Positions 20,613 to 30,537 of a DNA stretch of 64,000 nt are shown piece by piece. Positions within the stretch are counted from its first letter, which is position 1. Each line of letters opens with the position of its first letter. A program made the translations under genes and the position numbers. Below the pieces are notes generated by a model that was not told where the DNA came from, ran no database searches, and saw only the letters and a program-made list of their open reading frames with translations. The stretch is from an uncultured Dehalococcoidaceae bacterium (GTDB lineage: Bacteria > Chloroflexota > Dehalococcoidia > UBA2979). The DNA lies in the NCBI GenBank assembly GCA_964479165.1, contig CAYZJO010000013.1, forward strand, positions 9,386 through 73,385. The letters run 5' to 3'.

Positions 20613-21005
20613 CTAGACGTTGGCGAGCGCGCGCGCGAGTCGCTGTCTCGCCTCGAGGCCGACCTCTTCGATGGTGAGGGATTCGGACGCGAGCACACGC
20701 ATCCCCACCGTCGGGTCAAAGACGGAGATCACGCTATCGTCGCCGTCGGCATATACGACTACGTTGCAGGGCAAGAGCGTACCGAGGCGCAGGTCTTCCT
20801 CGAGGGCCCTATGTGCGAGCTGGGGATTGCACGCCCCAAGGATTACATAGTCCCGGAACTCGATCCCGAGCTTCTCGCGCATCGTCGCCTTCACGTCGAT
20901 CTCTGTGAGCACGCCGAAGCCCTCCTTCTGGAGCGCGTCCTTCATTCGACTAACGGCCTCTGGGTAGCGAAGCGGCACACGTTTCTCCATCGCGATGTCG
21001 GGCAT
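20613..21005 (-). CDS. DUF302-family protein.
   Basis: ATG at 21005 follows GGAGG. MPDIAMEKRVPLRYPEAVSRMKDALQKEGFGVLTEIDVKATMREKLGIEFRDYVILGACNPQLAHRALEEDLRLGTLLPCNVVVYADGDDSVISVFDP matches the DUF302 fold signature. Confidence 0.7.
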   Translation of the reverse strand: MPDIAMEKRVPLRYPEAVSRMKDALQKEGFGVLTEIDVKATMREKLGIEFRDYVILGACNPQLAHRALEEDLRLGTLLPCNVVVYADGDDSVISVFDPTVGMRVLASESLTIEEVGLEARQRLARALANV

Positions 21006-21311
21006 TCTGACCTCCATGCAGGGCGTGTCTCGGTTTGCAGCTAGATGGTGACAGGTTGCCCGGTCACACGATGTTGCGATAGCGGCGCCGTAAACGGCCC
21101 CGCGCCCGACACGTTCTTCCGGAGCGTGACGCTGCCTCACGGTCGACGAAGTGCGCAGGTGCTCTGGCTGCGATCGGTCCCATGAGCATTGCCATAGCCG
21201 AGGATGCGCTAGATCAAGATCAGCGACTCGGCGCAGTCCGCCGGATCAGCCAGCGAAGTGCGTCCTGGGTGCCTCATCCAAGCGCCTCAGGTCGGGGACG
21301 ACGGAGGGCAC

Positions 21312-22292
21312 GTGCGTACCCAGCAGCTCGAGACGCGGGTCTACGAAGCGGGAGCCCTTCTGGTCGAGGGCTTCCCGCTCGCTGATGTCTCGGATCACTT
21401 GGCGCACGCTGACCGTCTCGTCTGGGTAGACCTCTGTCGTCCTTCAGAGCGACAGCTCACGCAACTTGCCGAGGAACTCGGGCTCCACGAGCTTGCCATC
21501 GAAGATGCGCTGGAGCCGAATCGACGGCCGAAGCTCGACCGGTACGAAAGCCACGTGTTTCTCTCTGCCCGAGCCGTGCAAGCGGACGCTGACGCTGGCG
21601 AGCTGCGCGAGGCGGAACTCGGCGTCTTCGCCGGCGACCGCTGGCTCGTGACCGTTCGACAGGACGAGTCGTTCGATATGAGCGCGGTTGTCGAACGTTG
21701 GGGGCGCTCACATCCGCTTACCGCAGAGGGCGTCACGTTTCTCATGCACTGCCTGCTGGACGTGGTCGTCGACGGCTACTTCGACGCCCTCGAAGTCTTC
21801 GATCGGTACTACGACGAGGTGAGCGACGGCATCTTCTCAGAACAGCCAGTCGAGCCATCGCGGCAGCGCCATTGGTTCCAAATGCGGCAGGCTCTCGTGC
21901 GGTTCCACCGCATGATCAGCCCGACCCGAGAGATCATCAGCGCCCTGATGCGGCGCGAGCACCAGCTACCGGAAGCGCTCTACCCCTACTACCAGGACCT
22001 CTACGACCACGCCCTGCGCGTGGGTGAGTCGACCGAGACGCTCCGTGAGCTCGTCAGCACCATCGTCGAGACGAACCTTGGCCTGCGTGACTACCGCCAG
22101 AACCAGATCATGAAGAAGGTGACGAGCTGGGCTGCGATCATCGCGGTACCCACGCTCATCACGGGCTACTACGGGATGAACGTCCCGTATCCGGGCAGCG
22201 GCGCGCCGTGGGGGGTCGCGCTATCTGCCGGGCTGATCGCGTCCCTATCTGGAGCGCTCTACCTGCTCTTCCGACGCAATGACTGGCTGTGA
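21312..22292 (+). CDS. corA: CorA-family Mg2+/Co2+ transporter.
   Basis: The C-terminal two TM helices carry the YGMNV (GMN) motif. The N-terminal soluble domain is present. The start is uncertain (GTG at 21312 or 21258). Confidence 0.85.
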   Translation: MRTQQLETRVYEAGALLVEGFPLADVSDHLAHADRLVWVDLCRPSERQLTQLAEELGLHELAIEDALEPNRRPKLDRYESHVFLSARAVQADADAGELREAELGVFAGDRWLVTVRQDESFDMSAVVERWGRSHPLTAEGVTFLMHCLLDVVVDGYFDALEVFDRYYDEVSDGIFSEQPVEPSRQRHWFQMRQALVRFHRMISPTREIISALMRREHQLPEALYPYYQDLYDHALRVGESTETLRELVSTIVETNLGLRDYRQNQIMKKVTSWAAIIAVPTLITGYYGMNVPYPGSGAPWGVALSAGLIASLSGALYLLFRRNDWL

Positions 22293-22299
22293 GGTGCCC

Positions 22300-23760
22300 T
22301 GGGCATCGGCCCCCGCACTGAGGCGCGCACGCCGCTCCGGTGACTATGCCGCCTCTCTGTAGCCTCCCACCGGTAGTGGCTGCTCGTTCGCGCGGGCTGC
22401 CGTCTACTGGCTCCGGCGAGGCGGACTGACCCCACTATGCCGTGGCGGATCTCCTGCCCTAGCTATGACGTGTCGTCCCCTCGCGGGAGCCCCCGGGCTT
22501 GACCTGATCGAAGCCGGTCGATCGACCCGAGAGAGGCCGTCAGCCCGGTAGCAGTGACTACGGTACGGCGGGAGGTCGAAATGATCACGATCGGTGTGGA
22601 CGCCCACAAGCGCGTGGATGTGGCACTGGCGTTGGACGACGCGGGACGCGAACTCAGCGAATGGCGCGGCCCGAACAGCGAGCTCGGTTGGCGCCGCCTC
22701 GAGCAGTGGGCGAGCGCTCTCGGCGCCGAGCGCCGGGTCGGCATCGAAGGCGCCTGGGGGTACGGACGTGGCCTCGCTCAGCATCTCATCGCCGCCGGCG
22801 AAACGGTGCATGAGGTCAACCCCCGCTGGACTGCAGACGGGCGTCGCAGTGCCCGTAAGCCCGACAAGACCGACCGTCAGGACGCTCGCGCCGTGGCGCT
22901 GTTCGTCCAGCGTGAGGCGTCCAACTTGCCGACGATCAGCGCCGAAGACGAGACCGCGCTGCTCGACCTGCTTGCCACGGAACGCGAAGCAGCCGTGGTC
23001 GAGTCGACGCGTCTGCGCAATCGTCTGCATGCCCTGCTCTCGCAGCTCGACCCGGAGTACCACCTGCACATGCCGCCCATGGTGACTAAGGCCGGACGGG
23101 CCGCGCTCCGCGCGTACGAGGCTTCGGACGATCGGTCGATCAGCCTCGAGCGAGCGGCCAGCATGCGACGGCTCGCCGAACGGCTCGAGCTCGTCGTCAG
23201 TCAGGCAGAGGCGATAGCTCGCCGCATCCGTGAGCTGGCCAAGCAAACGCTTCGCTCCGCTCACCGAGCTCCATGGCGTGAGCCTGCTCACGGCGGGGAC
23301 CATCGCTGGCATCCTCGGCCCTGGCCGGCGCTTCAGCAGCGATGCCGCCCTCGCGGCCTTCGCCGCCGCCTGCCCGCTCGAGGCCTCCTCCGCCGGCCAC
23401 GTGCGCCATCGACTCAACCGGGGCGGCAACCGACGGTTGAACGCGATCCTCTACCGCATCGCCCTCACGCAGGCACACTCCTCGCCCCTTGGCCGTGCCT
23501 ACATCGCGCGCCGACGACTGGAGGGCAAGTCCTGGCGCGAGGCTGTTCGCGCGCTGAAACGTCACCTCGTCCGCGCGCTATGGCGGCTGTTGCCGATCGG
23601 CGCCCGACCGGGTCTCAGAACTGGCGGCAGCCCCGAGCGCTTGAACATAGAAGCGTCTCTCTACTCACGCCCTGTCGCAGTCGCTCCACCGCTAGTCGTA
23701 GCCAATGCCTGCATGGACAGCCGTGCGGCGAACTGCGGCCCGAGTGCGCTGCAGGCGAGT
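22300..23760 (+). mobile_element. IS110-family insertion sequence, with a non-coding left end of about 280 bp and a frameshifted transposase. The boundaries are approximate.
   Basis: See the transposase feature below. IS110-family elements lack terminal inverted repeats and carry long non-coding ends. Confidence 0.5.
22581..23640 (+). pseudogene. IS110-family transposase (DEDD N-domain plus Transposase_20 C-domain), frameshifted near 23240-23260. The 3' end is uncertain.
   Basis: ATG at 22581 with GGAGGT RBS. MITIGVDAHKRVDVALALDDAGRELSEW...RIRELAKQ in frame 1. FAPLTELHGVSLLTAGTIAGILGPGRRFSSDAALAAFAAACPLEASSAGHV...NRRLNAILYRIALTQ...GKSWREAVRALKRHLVRALWRLL follows in frame 2 (track ORF 23230..23889). 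Confidence 0.7.
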
Positions 23761-23794
23761 GTTACCCTTACCAGTACTAGTAAGAGGAGCGAAG

Positions 23795-24034
23795 ATGCGC
23801 ATCACGTCGAAGGGCCAGGTCACCATCCCCCAGGAGATCCGGGAGCGAGCCGGTCTCCTCCCAGACACCGAAGTCGAGTTCGTGCTTGAGCAGAATGGCG
23901 TGCGCATCGTGAAGGTCCACGACGCGCCGAGGCCGACACGAGGGGCAAAGACCGTCGAGGCCCTGCGCCGGGGCGGCGGACGGGTGAGCATGTCGACCGA
24001 TGAGATCATGGCACTCACGCGCGGCGAGTCGTGA
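23795..24034 (+). CDS. vapB: VapB-type antitoxin (AbrB/MazE/SpoVT fold).
   Basis: MRITSKGQVTIPQEIRERAGLLPDTEVEF... GAGGAG RBS 6 nt upstream. Its stop overlaps the vapC start (GTGA). Confidence 0.8.
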   Translation: MRITSKGQVTIPQEIRERAGLLPDTEVEFVLEQNGVRIVKVHDAPRPTRGAKTVEALRRGGGRVSMSTDEIMALTRGES

Positions 24035-24441
24035 GCCCGGTCCTCGTTGACAGCAACGTGCTCCTTGATGTCGTGACCGGCGATCCACGTTTCGGTGCGT
24101 GGTCCGCCGAGGCCCTGGCGAGCCTGGCGGACGAGGAGATCGTCGTCATCAACGCGCTCATCTACGCTGAGGTATCGATTGGCTTTGAAACCGTCGAGGC
24201 ACTGGAAGCGGCGCTCCCGCTCGAGCTGTACCGGCGGGAGGACCTTCCGTACGAGGCGGGCTTCCTCGCGGGAAAGGTCTTCCTCCAGTACCGGCTTGCA
24301 GGCGGCGTCCGGCGCTCGCCCCTACCCGACTTCTATATCGGCGCGCACGCCGCGGTCGCCGGGTATCGGTTGCTGACCCGAGACGCGGCGCGGTACCGAT
24401 CGTACTTCCCACGGCTGGAGCTCATCGCGCCCAGCAACTGA
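24031..24441 (+). CDS. vapC: VapC-type PIN-domain toxin.
   Basis: MSPVLVDSNVLLDVVTGD...VVINALIYAEVSIGF...LPDFYIGAHAAVAGYRLLTRDAARY. A 4-nt overlap with vapB. Confidence 0.85.
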   Translation: MSPVLVDSNVLLDVVTGDPRFGAWSAEALASLADEEIVVINALIYAEVSIGFETVEALEAALPLELYRREDLPYEAGFLAGKVFLQYRLAGGVRRSPLPDFYIGAHAAVAGYRLLTRDAARYRSYFPRLELIAPSN

Positions 24442-24629
24442 GCAACATGAGCAATCCCAGCGGAAGTCGGAGCGATCAGTGCTTGACGTTATGTCCGAAG
24501 CGACGAGGTAGGTGAGCGGGTGACGACCACCGTGAGCACCGCCGCGCAGGTCGCGATCCTCGAGGAGGTGCTCGACCTCTTCGACCAGGAGGCGGAGCGG
24601 ATCAGACTGCTGCGGAATGAGCGCATCTA

Positions 24630-25010
24630 GGCCTACCGCCTCGCGGCGCTTGAGGGCTCGCAGCGCGACTGGCTCGGGCGGTTCGCGCGGGACGAGTTCG
24701 AGGACCTGTTGCGCGCGCTGCGGGACGGGGACCACGAGACCGACTGACCTCGCCCGCGACCGAGATGCGGGCCCCCGTCCGAGGGGTCTGCTTCGTACAG
24801 GCAGCGTCGGCTATCCGCCCAAACCGACCCGGCGATCCTCGGGGCTGGAGCGCCCGGCGGTGTCGCTCGACGCGCGCCGTGCGGCGCAAGGGCCCGGCCT
24901 CCTCCCGTCGTTCAGGGGCACGGCGCGATCTTCCCCACGGACAGCACGTGCGCGACGAGAGTGCGCCCAGCGGGGACGTCGGTCAGCTCCGACCCTCCGT
25001 TAGGCTCACT
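24630..25010. repeat. Copy A of a three-copy noncoding repeat family. The repeat is preceded by the 3' end of a small decayed ORF (...LEGSQRDWLGRFARDEFEDLLRALRDGDHETD).
   Basis: Blocks are shared with copy B (32540-32900) and copy C (33244-33470): GCYTCGTACARGC, ATCCnTCATyGGCCCG, GGCCGCCCTCCT, CGCGATCTTyCCC, CGAGAGTGCGC and a 3' TTAGSCTC. The blocks fall in different reading frames in the three copies. Confidence 0.5.
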
Positions 25011-25068
25011 ACGAGGACTGCGCCTGGCTCGCCTTCCGGGCACGGCGAGGAGCGGGTAGGCTCTTCGC

Positions 25069-25575
25069 GTGGCAGACCTCGTCACTGACCTCTATAGCCA
25101 TAACGAGTGGGCAAACCTGCGGCTGCTCGACGTGTGTCGAGGGCTATCCGATGAGCAGCTCGACGCGACCGCCGCCGGCGCGTACGGATCGATTCGGAGC
25201 ACGCTCCTTCACCTCGTCGGTTCAGAAGCCGACTACGTCCGCCGGCTCGGCGGAAGACCAGCCCACGAGCTGGAGCGGGGCGGCGGCTGGCCCGGATTCG
25301 ATCTCCTCGAAGAGGTGGTGCGCTCGAGCGCTGCCGGGCTCCTCGAGCGTGCGCGAGCGGTGGGCGGCTCGAGGATCGTGGGCGAGCGCTTCGAGATTGA
25401 GGCGAACGTGCTCCTCATCCAGGCGATCAACCACAGCACCGAGCACCGGAGTCAGATCTGCACGATCCTGACCGTGCTCGGCGCTCTTCCCTCGACGGGC
25501 GACGAGGGGCAGACCATCATCGACGCCTGGTCATGGTCCGACGCTGAGGGCCTCGCCCGTCCCCTCGACAGCTAG
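25069..25575 (+). CDS. DinB/YfiT-like (DinB_2 superfamily) metal-dependent hydrolase or transferase-like protein.
   Basis: MADLVTDLYSHNEWANLRLLDVCRGLSDEQLDATAAGAYGSIRSTLLHLVGSEADYV...INHSTEHRSQICTIL is typical of DinB_2. Confidence 0.7.
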   Translation: MADLVTDLYSHNEWANLRLLDVCRGLSDEQLDATAAGAYGSIRSTLLHLVGSEADYVRRLGGRPAHELERGGGWPGFDLLEEVVRSSAAGLLERARAVGGSRIVGERFEIEANVLLIQAINHSTEHRSQICTILTVLGALPSTGDEGQTIIDAWSWSDAEGLARPLDS

Positions 25576-25673
25576 CGCACATGTCGGCGCCGAAGGGAAG
25601 CTTGAGCCGACAGGGAGTCCGCCCGGTGCTCAGCGGACCGTCAGCCCGGCGTTCGCTGGTCTGGCGGAAGCAA

Positions 25674-25919
25674 CTACCAGCCGAGTTCATCCACGAGCCG
25701 AGCGAGTTCGTCCGCCTCGTGCATGCGCGACTCATTCCGCAACGTCTGCTCAGCCACACGCGGCGGGAGGATGCTGTTGCCGCGCGTCTGGACGCAAAGC
25801 TCAGGATGGCGCGCTAGCACCTCGGCGAGGATCGCCTCGACCCTTCTCTCGCGCGCCAGACGAGGATCGTCCATCCCTTCCAGCATCTCGCGATCCGCTA
25901 AGCCCACTGGCTCGTCCAT
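25674..25919 (-). CDS. Hypothetical small protein of 81 aa.
   Basis: MDEPVGLADREMLEGMDDPRLARERRVEAILAEVLARHPELCVQTRG... The call is weak. Confidence 0.25.
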   Translation of the reverse strand: MDEPVGLADREMLEGMDDPRLARERRVEAILAEVLARHPELCVQTRGNSILPPRVAEQTLRNESRMHEADELARLVDELGW

Positions 25920-26082
25920 CCGCGCACGGCTTGTAGCCTGGGGTGGCGCCCCCGCGCGGCTCGTGGACCGAGCAACTCCGTGCACGCTCCGCACAACCGT
26001 GGTCGGAGGCGACTCGGAGGTGGTTACGCGCCTCATAGTCGCGAGGGTAGGAAGGGGCGTCAAACGCGGCTACCTTATCGAA

Positions 26083-27041
26083 GTGGTGTCGCTGTACCCC
26101 GAGATTGACCCTTACGCGCACGGCAGGCTCGATGTCGGCGAGGGCAACAGCGTCTACTGGGAGACGTGCGGAAATCCTGAGGGCAAGCCCGCGCTCGTGC
26201 TTCACGGCGGTCCCGGATCGGGCTGTACGCCGAGGGCTCGCCAGTACTTCGACCCGAGCGCGTATCGCATCGTCCTTTTCGACCAGCGCCAGTGCGGACG
26301 CAGCTCGCCGCACGCAGGCGACTTGGCACCGACCTCTCGACAAACACCACCGACCACCTACTCCGGGATGTCGAGCTGTTGCGGGAGCACCTTGGGATTG
26401 GGCGGTGGCTGGTGCAGGGCGGCTCGTGGGGGTCGACGCTCGCGCTGGCCTACGCGGAGCGGCACCCCGACCGCGTCTCGGAGGTCATCCTCGCCGCTGT
26501 GACCATGACGCGCCCATCCGATATCGACTGGCTCTACCACGGCGTCGGGCAGTACTTCCCCGAAGCGTGGGCTCGCTTCCGGGAGGGCGTCCCCGAAGTC
26601 GAGCAGGACGGCGATCTCGTCGCCGCGTATTATCGCCTCCTCCAACATCCTGACGCCGAGGTCCGACACCGCGCGGCCCAGGACTGGTGCGACTGGGAGG
26701 GCTCCGTCGTCGCACCGAGCCCCGACGCGCCTCCCAACCGGCGCTACAAAGACCCGCGCTTCCGTATGGGCTTCGCGCGCATCGTGACGCACTACTTCCA
26801 CCACAACGCCTGGCTCGAGGACGGCGTCTTGCTGAGTGAGGCGGGCCGGCTCGCCGGCATTCCCGCCATCCTCGTTCACGGCCGTTTCGACCTCGGCAGC
26901 CCACTCATCGTGGCCTACGAGCTGCACCGCGCCTGGCCTGACAGCGAGCTGGTGGTAGTGGGGAGCGGCCACTCGTTTGGGGCGCCGCCGATGACCGAGG
27001 CGCTCCTCGACGCAACGCAGCGCTTCGCCACACACGCCTAG
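26083..27041 (+). pseudogene. pip: Proline iminopeptidase (alpha/beta hydrolase, Pip), frameshifted near 26320-26340.
   Basis: Frame 1: LYPEIDPYAHGRLDVGEGNSVYWETCGNPEGKPALVLHGGPGSGCTP...FDQRQCGRSSPHAG. Frame 2 (track ORF from 26292): STNTTDHLLRDVELLREHLGIGRWLVQGGSWGSTLALAYAERHPDRV...ILVHGRFD. Together these are colinear with Pip. The start codon is uncertain. Confidence 0.7.
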
Positions 27042-27388
27042 CGCAAGGCGAATACCTCCGCTGGCCGCTTCGGGGCGGTGAGCATCCAGGCGTCGCGGAC
27101 GAAGTGCGACTTCGTCCCAGTCGACGGTCTCGAGGTCGAGGCGGATCCCGATCCAGCCGTACACGCCGGGGGCAGTGAGCGGTTCGCTTCGGTGGGGGAC
27201 GCTCACACGCCGCGCTACACGTCACGGCCGCACCGCTGGTGGCGATGGGAAACGACAGACCGCTCCATCGCGACCTCACGCCGGAGCAGGTGGTCGTGCC
27301 GGACCCCACGATTACTCACACCGCGTTTACCCTTGCGGGAGCATGCTCGCCCCGAACCACCAACGAAATGAGCACGGAGGCGGGGAGT

Positions 27389-28528
27389 ATGGCAACTGCC
27401 GACCACGTCTCGGGCGGCGCAGCGCCTCCGGTCCCTGCGACGTTTCGCCGTCTGCGCCCTGGTGACGAGCCCGATGAGCGTGCGGTGCTCGACCTGCTCG
27501 AGCGCTCATTCCGCCGCTGGCCTCCGTGGGATACGCCGGGTGGCGAACTCGGGTTCCTACGTTGGTTCGCTGAGGGGTATGTGGACCGCGAAGGGCAATC
27601 GCGCGGGCTCGTCGGTATCGTCGAGCGTGACTCCCGGGTGATCGCGGTCAGCGTGAGTTGCCGCCAGAGAGCGAAGGTCGGTGACAGCTTTCGGGAAGGC
27701 ATGATGGGCGCGTACGGCGCAGTCGATCCTGACGTCCGTCGCCAGGGCGTGAGCAAGGCGCTGAGCGCTTGGTACTATGCGCAGCCGGGTCTCGAACTGA
27801 GCTGGGGCTACACGCAGGTCGAGGCGCTCGTCCGCAACCGTCGCGCCCGGGGAACGCTGCCCGTCGCCAATCCGCTCTCGGTGTTCGTGCTGATGCTCGA
27901 TCCCCTTGGCGCCGCTGCCGACCTGCGGGTCGGCTCCGCAAGGCACGTGCCCGGCTACGTGGGGCTTGCGCTGCGCTCGAAGCTCGCCCGCCGCGCTGCA
28001 CCCAGGAACCCAGGCTGGACGGTGCGCCGCGTCGAGTCGTTCGACGAGCGCGCCGATGCCTTCGGGCAGCAGGCCGCGCAGCCCTTCGCCTTCATCGCCG
28101 AGCGCAGCCGAGCGTACCTGAACTGGCGCTACTGCGACCCTCGCGGCGGCGAGTTCACGGCGCTCGTTGCAGAGCAGGACGGGGAGTTGCTCGGCTACAC
28201 GGCGCTCAGGCAGATCCGGACCCGCGGACACATCGCCGAGTTGCTCGCGCTTCCCGGGCGAGTCGACGTAGCTCGCTCTCTCATCGATGAGGGCGTGCGC
28301 CGGCTGCACGGCTCAGGGGCGCACGCCGTCGAGTGCACGATGATGCTGCATCACCCGTACGCGGCGCAGCTGCGGCGCGCAGGCTTCGTACGGTTGCGCG
28401 ACCGCTCGACCACACTCTCGCGGAAGCTCGGGATCACCGCGTCCGCGATGGACGAGCGAGAACTGGCGTTCCTGAGCGATCCGCACGCACCGATCCACAT
28501 CGTCCAGGGCGACTCCCACCTGATCTAA
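27389..28528 (+). CDS. GNAT-family acetyltransferase-like protein (two-lobed, about 379 aa).
   Basis: ATG at 27389 is preceded by GGAGG. FRRLRPGDEPDERAVLDLLERSF...VGIVERDSRVIAVSV...DVRRQGVSKAL. A second GNAT-like half: FTALVAEQDGELLGYTALRQI...AVECTMMLHHPYAAQLRRAGF. Confidence 0.6.
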   Translation: MATADHVSGGAAPPVPATFRRLRPGDEPDERAVLDLLERSFRRWPPWDTPGGELGFLRWFAEGYVDREGQSRGLVGIVERDSRVIAVSVSCRQRAKVGDSFREGMMGAYGAVDPDVRRQGVSKALSAWYYAQPGLELSWGYTQVEALVRNRRARGTLPVANPLSVFVLMLDPLGAAADLRVGSARHVPGYVGLALRSKLARRAAPRNPGWTVRRVESFDERADAFGQQAAQPFAFIAERSRAYLNWRYCDPRGGEFTALVAEQDGELLGYTALRQIRTRGHIAELLALPGRVDVARSLIDEGVRRLHGSGAHAVECTMMLHHPYAAQLRRAGFVRLRDRSTTLSRKLGITASAMDERELAFLSDPHAPIHIVQGDSHLI

Positions 28529-28598
28529 CCGTCGGGGGCCAGCGTCTGACGACGGACGGGGCCGTCCGGGGCATGCGCTATCGCGAGATCGTGATGCG

Positions 28599-29474
28599 TT
28601 AGGACTGCTCGCTCCTCCCTGTTAATCGCAGCCCGGCCTGAGCGGCGAGCGGCGTATCGAGAGCCGTTCGAGACGAGCGAAGTTCGCTCCCGAACAGGAA
28701 CCGGTACTGCAGAAACAGCGCTCCGGTGCGGAGCTCACGCTGCTCGATGCGTACATGAGGCCGTTCGTACGGGTCGATCGCCGCCAGCATTTTCTCGGTG
28801 ACGACCAGACCCTCGAGCCGCGCCGCGAGATCCCCGCTGAGACGATCCTTTCCCCACGCGTTGATCGACCAGAGGAAGTTCCACGGTCGAGCCTGTTCAT
28901 CAGAACCGGACGCGTCGACGAACCATCCGGTCGGCCCTATGTCCGCGTAGGCGAAGTTCGCGTCCGTCGCTTCGACCAATCGCGCCACCAGCTCACCGAG
29001 GAGGGCACCGTTTACGGCGCGCTGCTCGTTCTGCGCTTCGATCGGAAGCTCTCGGTCGATCCGTGAGTTCGGCACCGTCGCAGTGAAGTAGCCGGCGTCC
29101 GCGACGAGGGCGATCTCGACGAGGGAGGAGTCGTAGCCGCGTTGCCCGGCCTCGTTGTTCGGATTGTGGAGGTCGAGGCTGAAGCGCAGCGCGCCGTAGT
29201 CGTAGAGCGGCAAGCGATCCTCTTGAACGAGCATCTCGGCGTAGCGACGAGCGGGTGGCATCGGACGTCCACTCGGCAGGAGAGCGTCGCCCAGTACGTC
29301 GCTCCACTGGAGCAGCCCGTTGGCGCGCTCTTCCAGCACGGTCAGGTGACGCTCGATCCTGATCTCGTCGGCACCCAGGTCCGCGAGGAATGCAGCGACG
29401 GCGCCGCGCCAGTCTGAGTCGCTCGGCACCGCGACGACTGCGTCCTTGATCCGCCCGACGAGGTTCAGAGGCAT
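28599..29474 (-). CDS. Hypothetical protein of about 291 aa with no recognisable domain.
   Basis: The protein-like composition is continuous. The start is ambiguous: ATG at 29474, or TTG at 29510 as in the track. Confidence 0.5.
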   Translation of the reverse strand: MPLNLVGRIKDAVVAVPSDSDWRGAVAAFLADLGADEIRIERHLTVLEERANGLLQWSDVLGDALLPSGRPMPPARRYAEMLVQEDRLPLYDYGALRFSLDLHNPNNEAGQRGYDSSLVEIALVADAGYFTATVPNSRIDRELPIEAQNEQRAVNGALLGELVARLVEATDANFAYADIGPTGWFVDASGSDEQARPWNFLWSINAWGKDRLSGDLAARLEGLVVTEKMLAAIDPYERPHVRIEQRELRTGALFLQYRFLFGSELRSSRTALDTPLAAQAGLRLTGRSEQS

Positions 29475-29549
29475 GCGCTGACTATGGCGTACCGCGCTGA
29501 TCGCGGCCAAGCCGAAATATGGCTCGCGGGCGCTCAGTCGCGATCGTCA

Positions 29550-30470
29550 GAACGGCTGCGTCAGGAATGAGGGTCCGCGTCACAGGGTAGGCTCGTCGGG
29601 CTGGGACGAGGAGTCACCCGTGAGCTGCCCGCACTGCGATTCAGGCTGCGTTCGGCCACGGCGGGGGCGAACGGCGCTCGGCTACCGACGATTCTCTTGC
29701 GGATCGTGCCGACGAAGGTTCAACGAACGCACCGGCACGCCGTTCAACGAGCTGCAGTACCCGACCGACGTGGTCCTGCTCGCAGTGCTGTGGCGCCTGC
29801 GATACAAGCTGAGCTTCCGCGACGTCGCCGAGTTACTGCTCCAGCGCGCCTATGTGGTGACCCACGAGACCGTGCGGATCTGGGAGTTGCGGTTCGCGCC
29901 GCTGGTCGCCGAGCAGCTCCGTGCAGGACGCCGGGGTCGTGTCGGCGCCTCCTGGTATCTCGACGAGACATACGTGAAGGTCGCCGGCCGCTGGTGCTAC
30001 CTCTACCGCGCGATCGACCGCGATGGCCAGCTCATCGACTCGATGCTGAGCGAGCGCCGGGACAAGCATGCCGCCCGCCGCTTCCTGAGGCGCCTCATCG
30101 ATGTGGCCGAGCGGCCGCCAGCGCGGGTGACGACCGACCATCATGCTGCCTACCCGCGAGCGATCCGCTGGATCGCCGGGCGCCGGACGGTTCACCGCAC
30201 GACGCGTTACTTGAACAACTTCACGGAGCAGAGCCACCGGGCGATCAAGCAGCGTTACTACCCGATGCGCGGCTTCGGGAACTTCGCGTCAGCATCGAAC
30301 TTCTGCACGGCCTTCGACGAGCTGAACAACTACCTCTTGACGCGCCGCCGCGGTGAACGTCGCCCGTCACTCTCCGACCAGCGCCGACTGTTCGCGGAGC
30401 GCTGGCGGGCGTTGATCGGTGATCTCGCAGCTGCGTAGTCCTCACAGACGCGCAGTCGCTGCGTTCGGAC
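29550..30470 (+). mobile_element. IS6-family insertion sequence, copy 1. The ends are approximate.
   Basis: An intact IS6-type transposase is present. The upstream region gctgcgtcaggaatgagggtccgcgtcacagggt resembles the sequence between the two copies at 30476-30506. Confidence 0.55.
29620..30438 (+). CDS. IS6-family transposase (N-terminal zinc finger plus DDE).
   Basis: GTG at 29620 with GAGGAG RBS. CPHCDSGC...CGSCRRRFNERTGTPFNELQ...WYLDETYVKVAGRWCYLYRAIDRDGQLID...TTDHHAAYPRAI. Confidence 0.9.
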   Translation: MSCPHCDSGCVRPRRGRTALGYRRFSCGSCRRRFNERTGTPFNELQYPTDVVLLAVLWRLRYKLSFRDVAELLLQRAYVVTHETVRIWELRFAPLVAEQLRAGRRGRVGASWYLDETYVKVAGRWCYLYRAIDRDGQLIDSMLSERRDKHAARRFLRRLIDVAERPPARVTTDHHAAYPRAIRWIAGRRTVHRTTRYLNNFTEQSHRAIKQRYYPMRGFGNFASASNFCTAFDELNNYLLTRRRGERRPSLSDQRRLFAERWRALIGDLAAA

Positions 30471-30537
30471 GAACTGGCTCTGTCAGGAATCGGGCCACAG
30501 GGTGCGACCCGGAAGAGCCCTAGTACGGTCGTCCGCT

